Source: a virus | Lineage: Duplodnaviria > Caudoviricetes | Length of the DNA: 25,228 nucleotides | IMG/VR virus record: IMGVR_UViG_3300032232_000037 | Coordinates: 1-25,228 of that record | Strand: one strand, 5' to 3' | Shown: positions 24,645 through 25,228 of the stretch, one piece after another | Layout of the letters: each line of letters opens with the position of its first letter | Numbering within the stretch: position 1 is the first letter of the stretch | Made by a program: the position numbers and the translations under genes | Notes under the pieces: model-generated | What the model saw: the letters and a program-made list of their open reading frames with translations, nothing else | The model's database searches: none | Told to the model about the DNA's origin: nothing

Positions 24645-25228
24645 TATCTACCCTGCAATCCAAAGTCTTGCAAGATACGTAAAACCGTACTTGTTGACTT
24701 TTCTATAGCCTCATCGGTAAATGCAAAATCTGGATGTTGCATTAATGCTCTATCAAAATCCCAGACTGGACGTAGGTTTCCCTTTTCATCAAACATATTT
24801 TGTTGCATCCATGAGTCTTCCATGGTTGAATTTGTTTTTTGAAGTTTAGAGTTCATTCGATTAACGTATGGCTGGTAAATTGTACGAAGAGAAAGACCCT
24901 GTTTCATTAGATTTTGCACTTGTTCTGTCTGTCCAACAAATGCAGCCTGTTTGATTTCAGCCTTAATAGCGTCCAGACTTTCGCCTCTATCAAGGCGTTG
25001 CATCCATGAAGATACTTGTGCCTTGGTAAAGTCTTTATCCAACTGAAAACCATAGTCATTGGCATAGTCATCTAAATCTTGTACATTGGTAGCAACTGCA
25101 CCCTTTGGGGTGCTAGTTCCATAACTAACCTTTGCATTAAGATACTTTGAAATGTAAGTAAGATTTTTATCATTGGCTGAATCATAAATATCTTTAGCCC
25201 ATGTATTAAGTTCTGCCTGTGTATAAGA
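24644..25228 (-). CDS. Hypothetical (probable virion) protein, 5'-truncated by the window edge
   Basis: The frame stays open from 25228 (SYTQAELNTWAKDIYDS...) to the stop at 24644, so TTG 25042 is not the true start. Confidence 0.75.
   Translation of the reverse strand, partial: SYTQAELNTWAKDIYDSANDKNLTYISKYLNAKVSYGTSTPKGAVATNVQDLDDYANDYGFQLDKDFTKAQVSSWMQRLDRGESLDAIKAEIKQAAFVGQTEQVQNLMKQGLSLRTIYQPYVNRMNSKLQKTNSTMEDSWMQQNMFDEKGNLRPVWDFDRALMQHPDFAFTDEAIEKSTSTVLRILQDFGLQGR

Larger units (their letters stand above)
1..25228. mobile_element. Tailed dsDNA bacteriophage genome fragment (actinobacteriophage, podovirus-like gene set)
   Basis: Capsid, scaffold, tail fibre, lysis, helicase and primase genes, densely packed and translationally coupled in two convergent arms. 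WhiB points to an actinobacterial host. No host housekeeping genes, integrase or att site seen. Confidence 0.96.

Noticed and set aside
24644-25042. 132-aa ORF with TTG start as a complete gene
   Set aside because: The frame is open to the window edge, so it is the 3' end of a longer gene.
1-25228. tRNA, rRNA, integrase/att sites, terminase, portal
   Set aside because: None recognisable. The few intergenic gaps show no cloverleaf. Packaging genes presumably lie beyond the right edge.

Overview
The whole window is a fragment of a tailed dsDNA phage genome, almost certainly an actinobacteriophage: it carries WhiB, an FmdB zinc ribbon, a DUF4192-like gene and a replication module resembling mycobacteriophage cluster A. 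The moderate GC content suggests a low-GC, possibly freshwater, actinobacterial host. Two convergent arms meet at a hairpin at about 8001-8040. The + arm (1-7996) holds early genes, then exonuclease, DnaB-like helicase, Holliday junction resolvase, split primase, Nmad1/DUF1599, a sigma-like factor, FmdB and WhiB. The - arm (25228 down to 8076) holds putative internal virion proteins, scaffold, an N4-gp56-type major capsid protein, five tiny basic proteins, a glycosyltransferase, adaptor, tail fibre, a nine-gene paralogue array, a tail protein and a lysis cassette. The most striking feature is the nine-gene array (11257-16062). It sorts by motif into three consecutive A-B-C triplets behind a tail fibre and a small adaptor gene, suggesting three alternative heterotrimeric receptor-binding tips. 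All family calls come from motif recognition by eye, not database searches.
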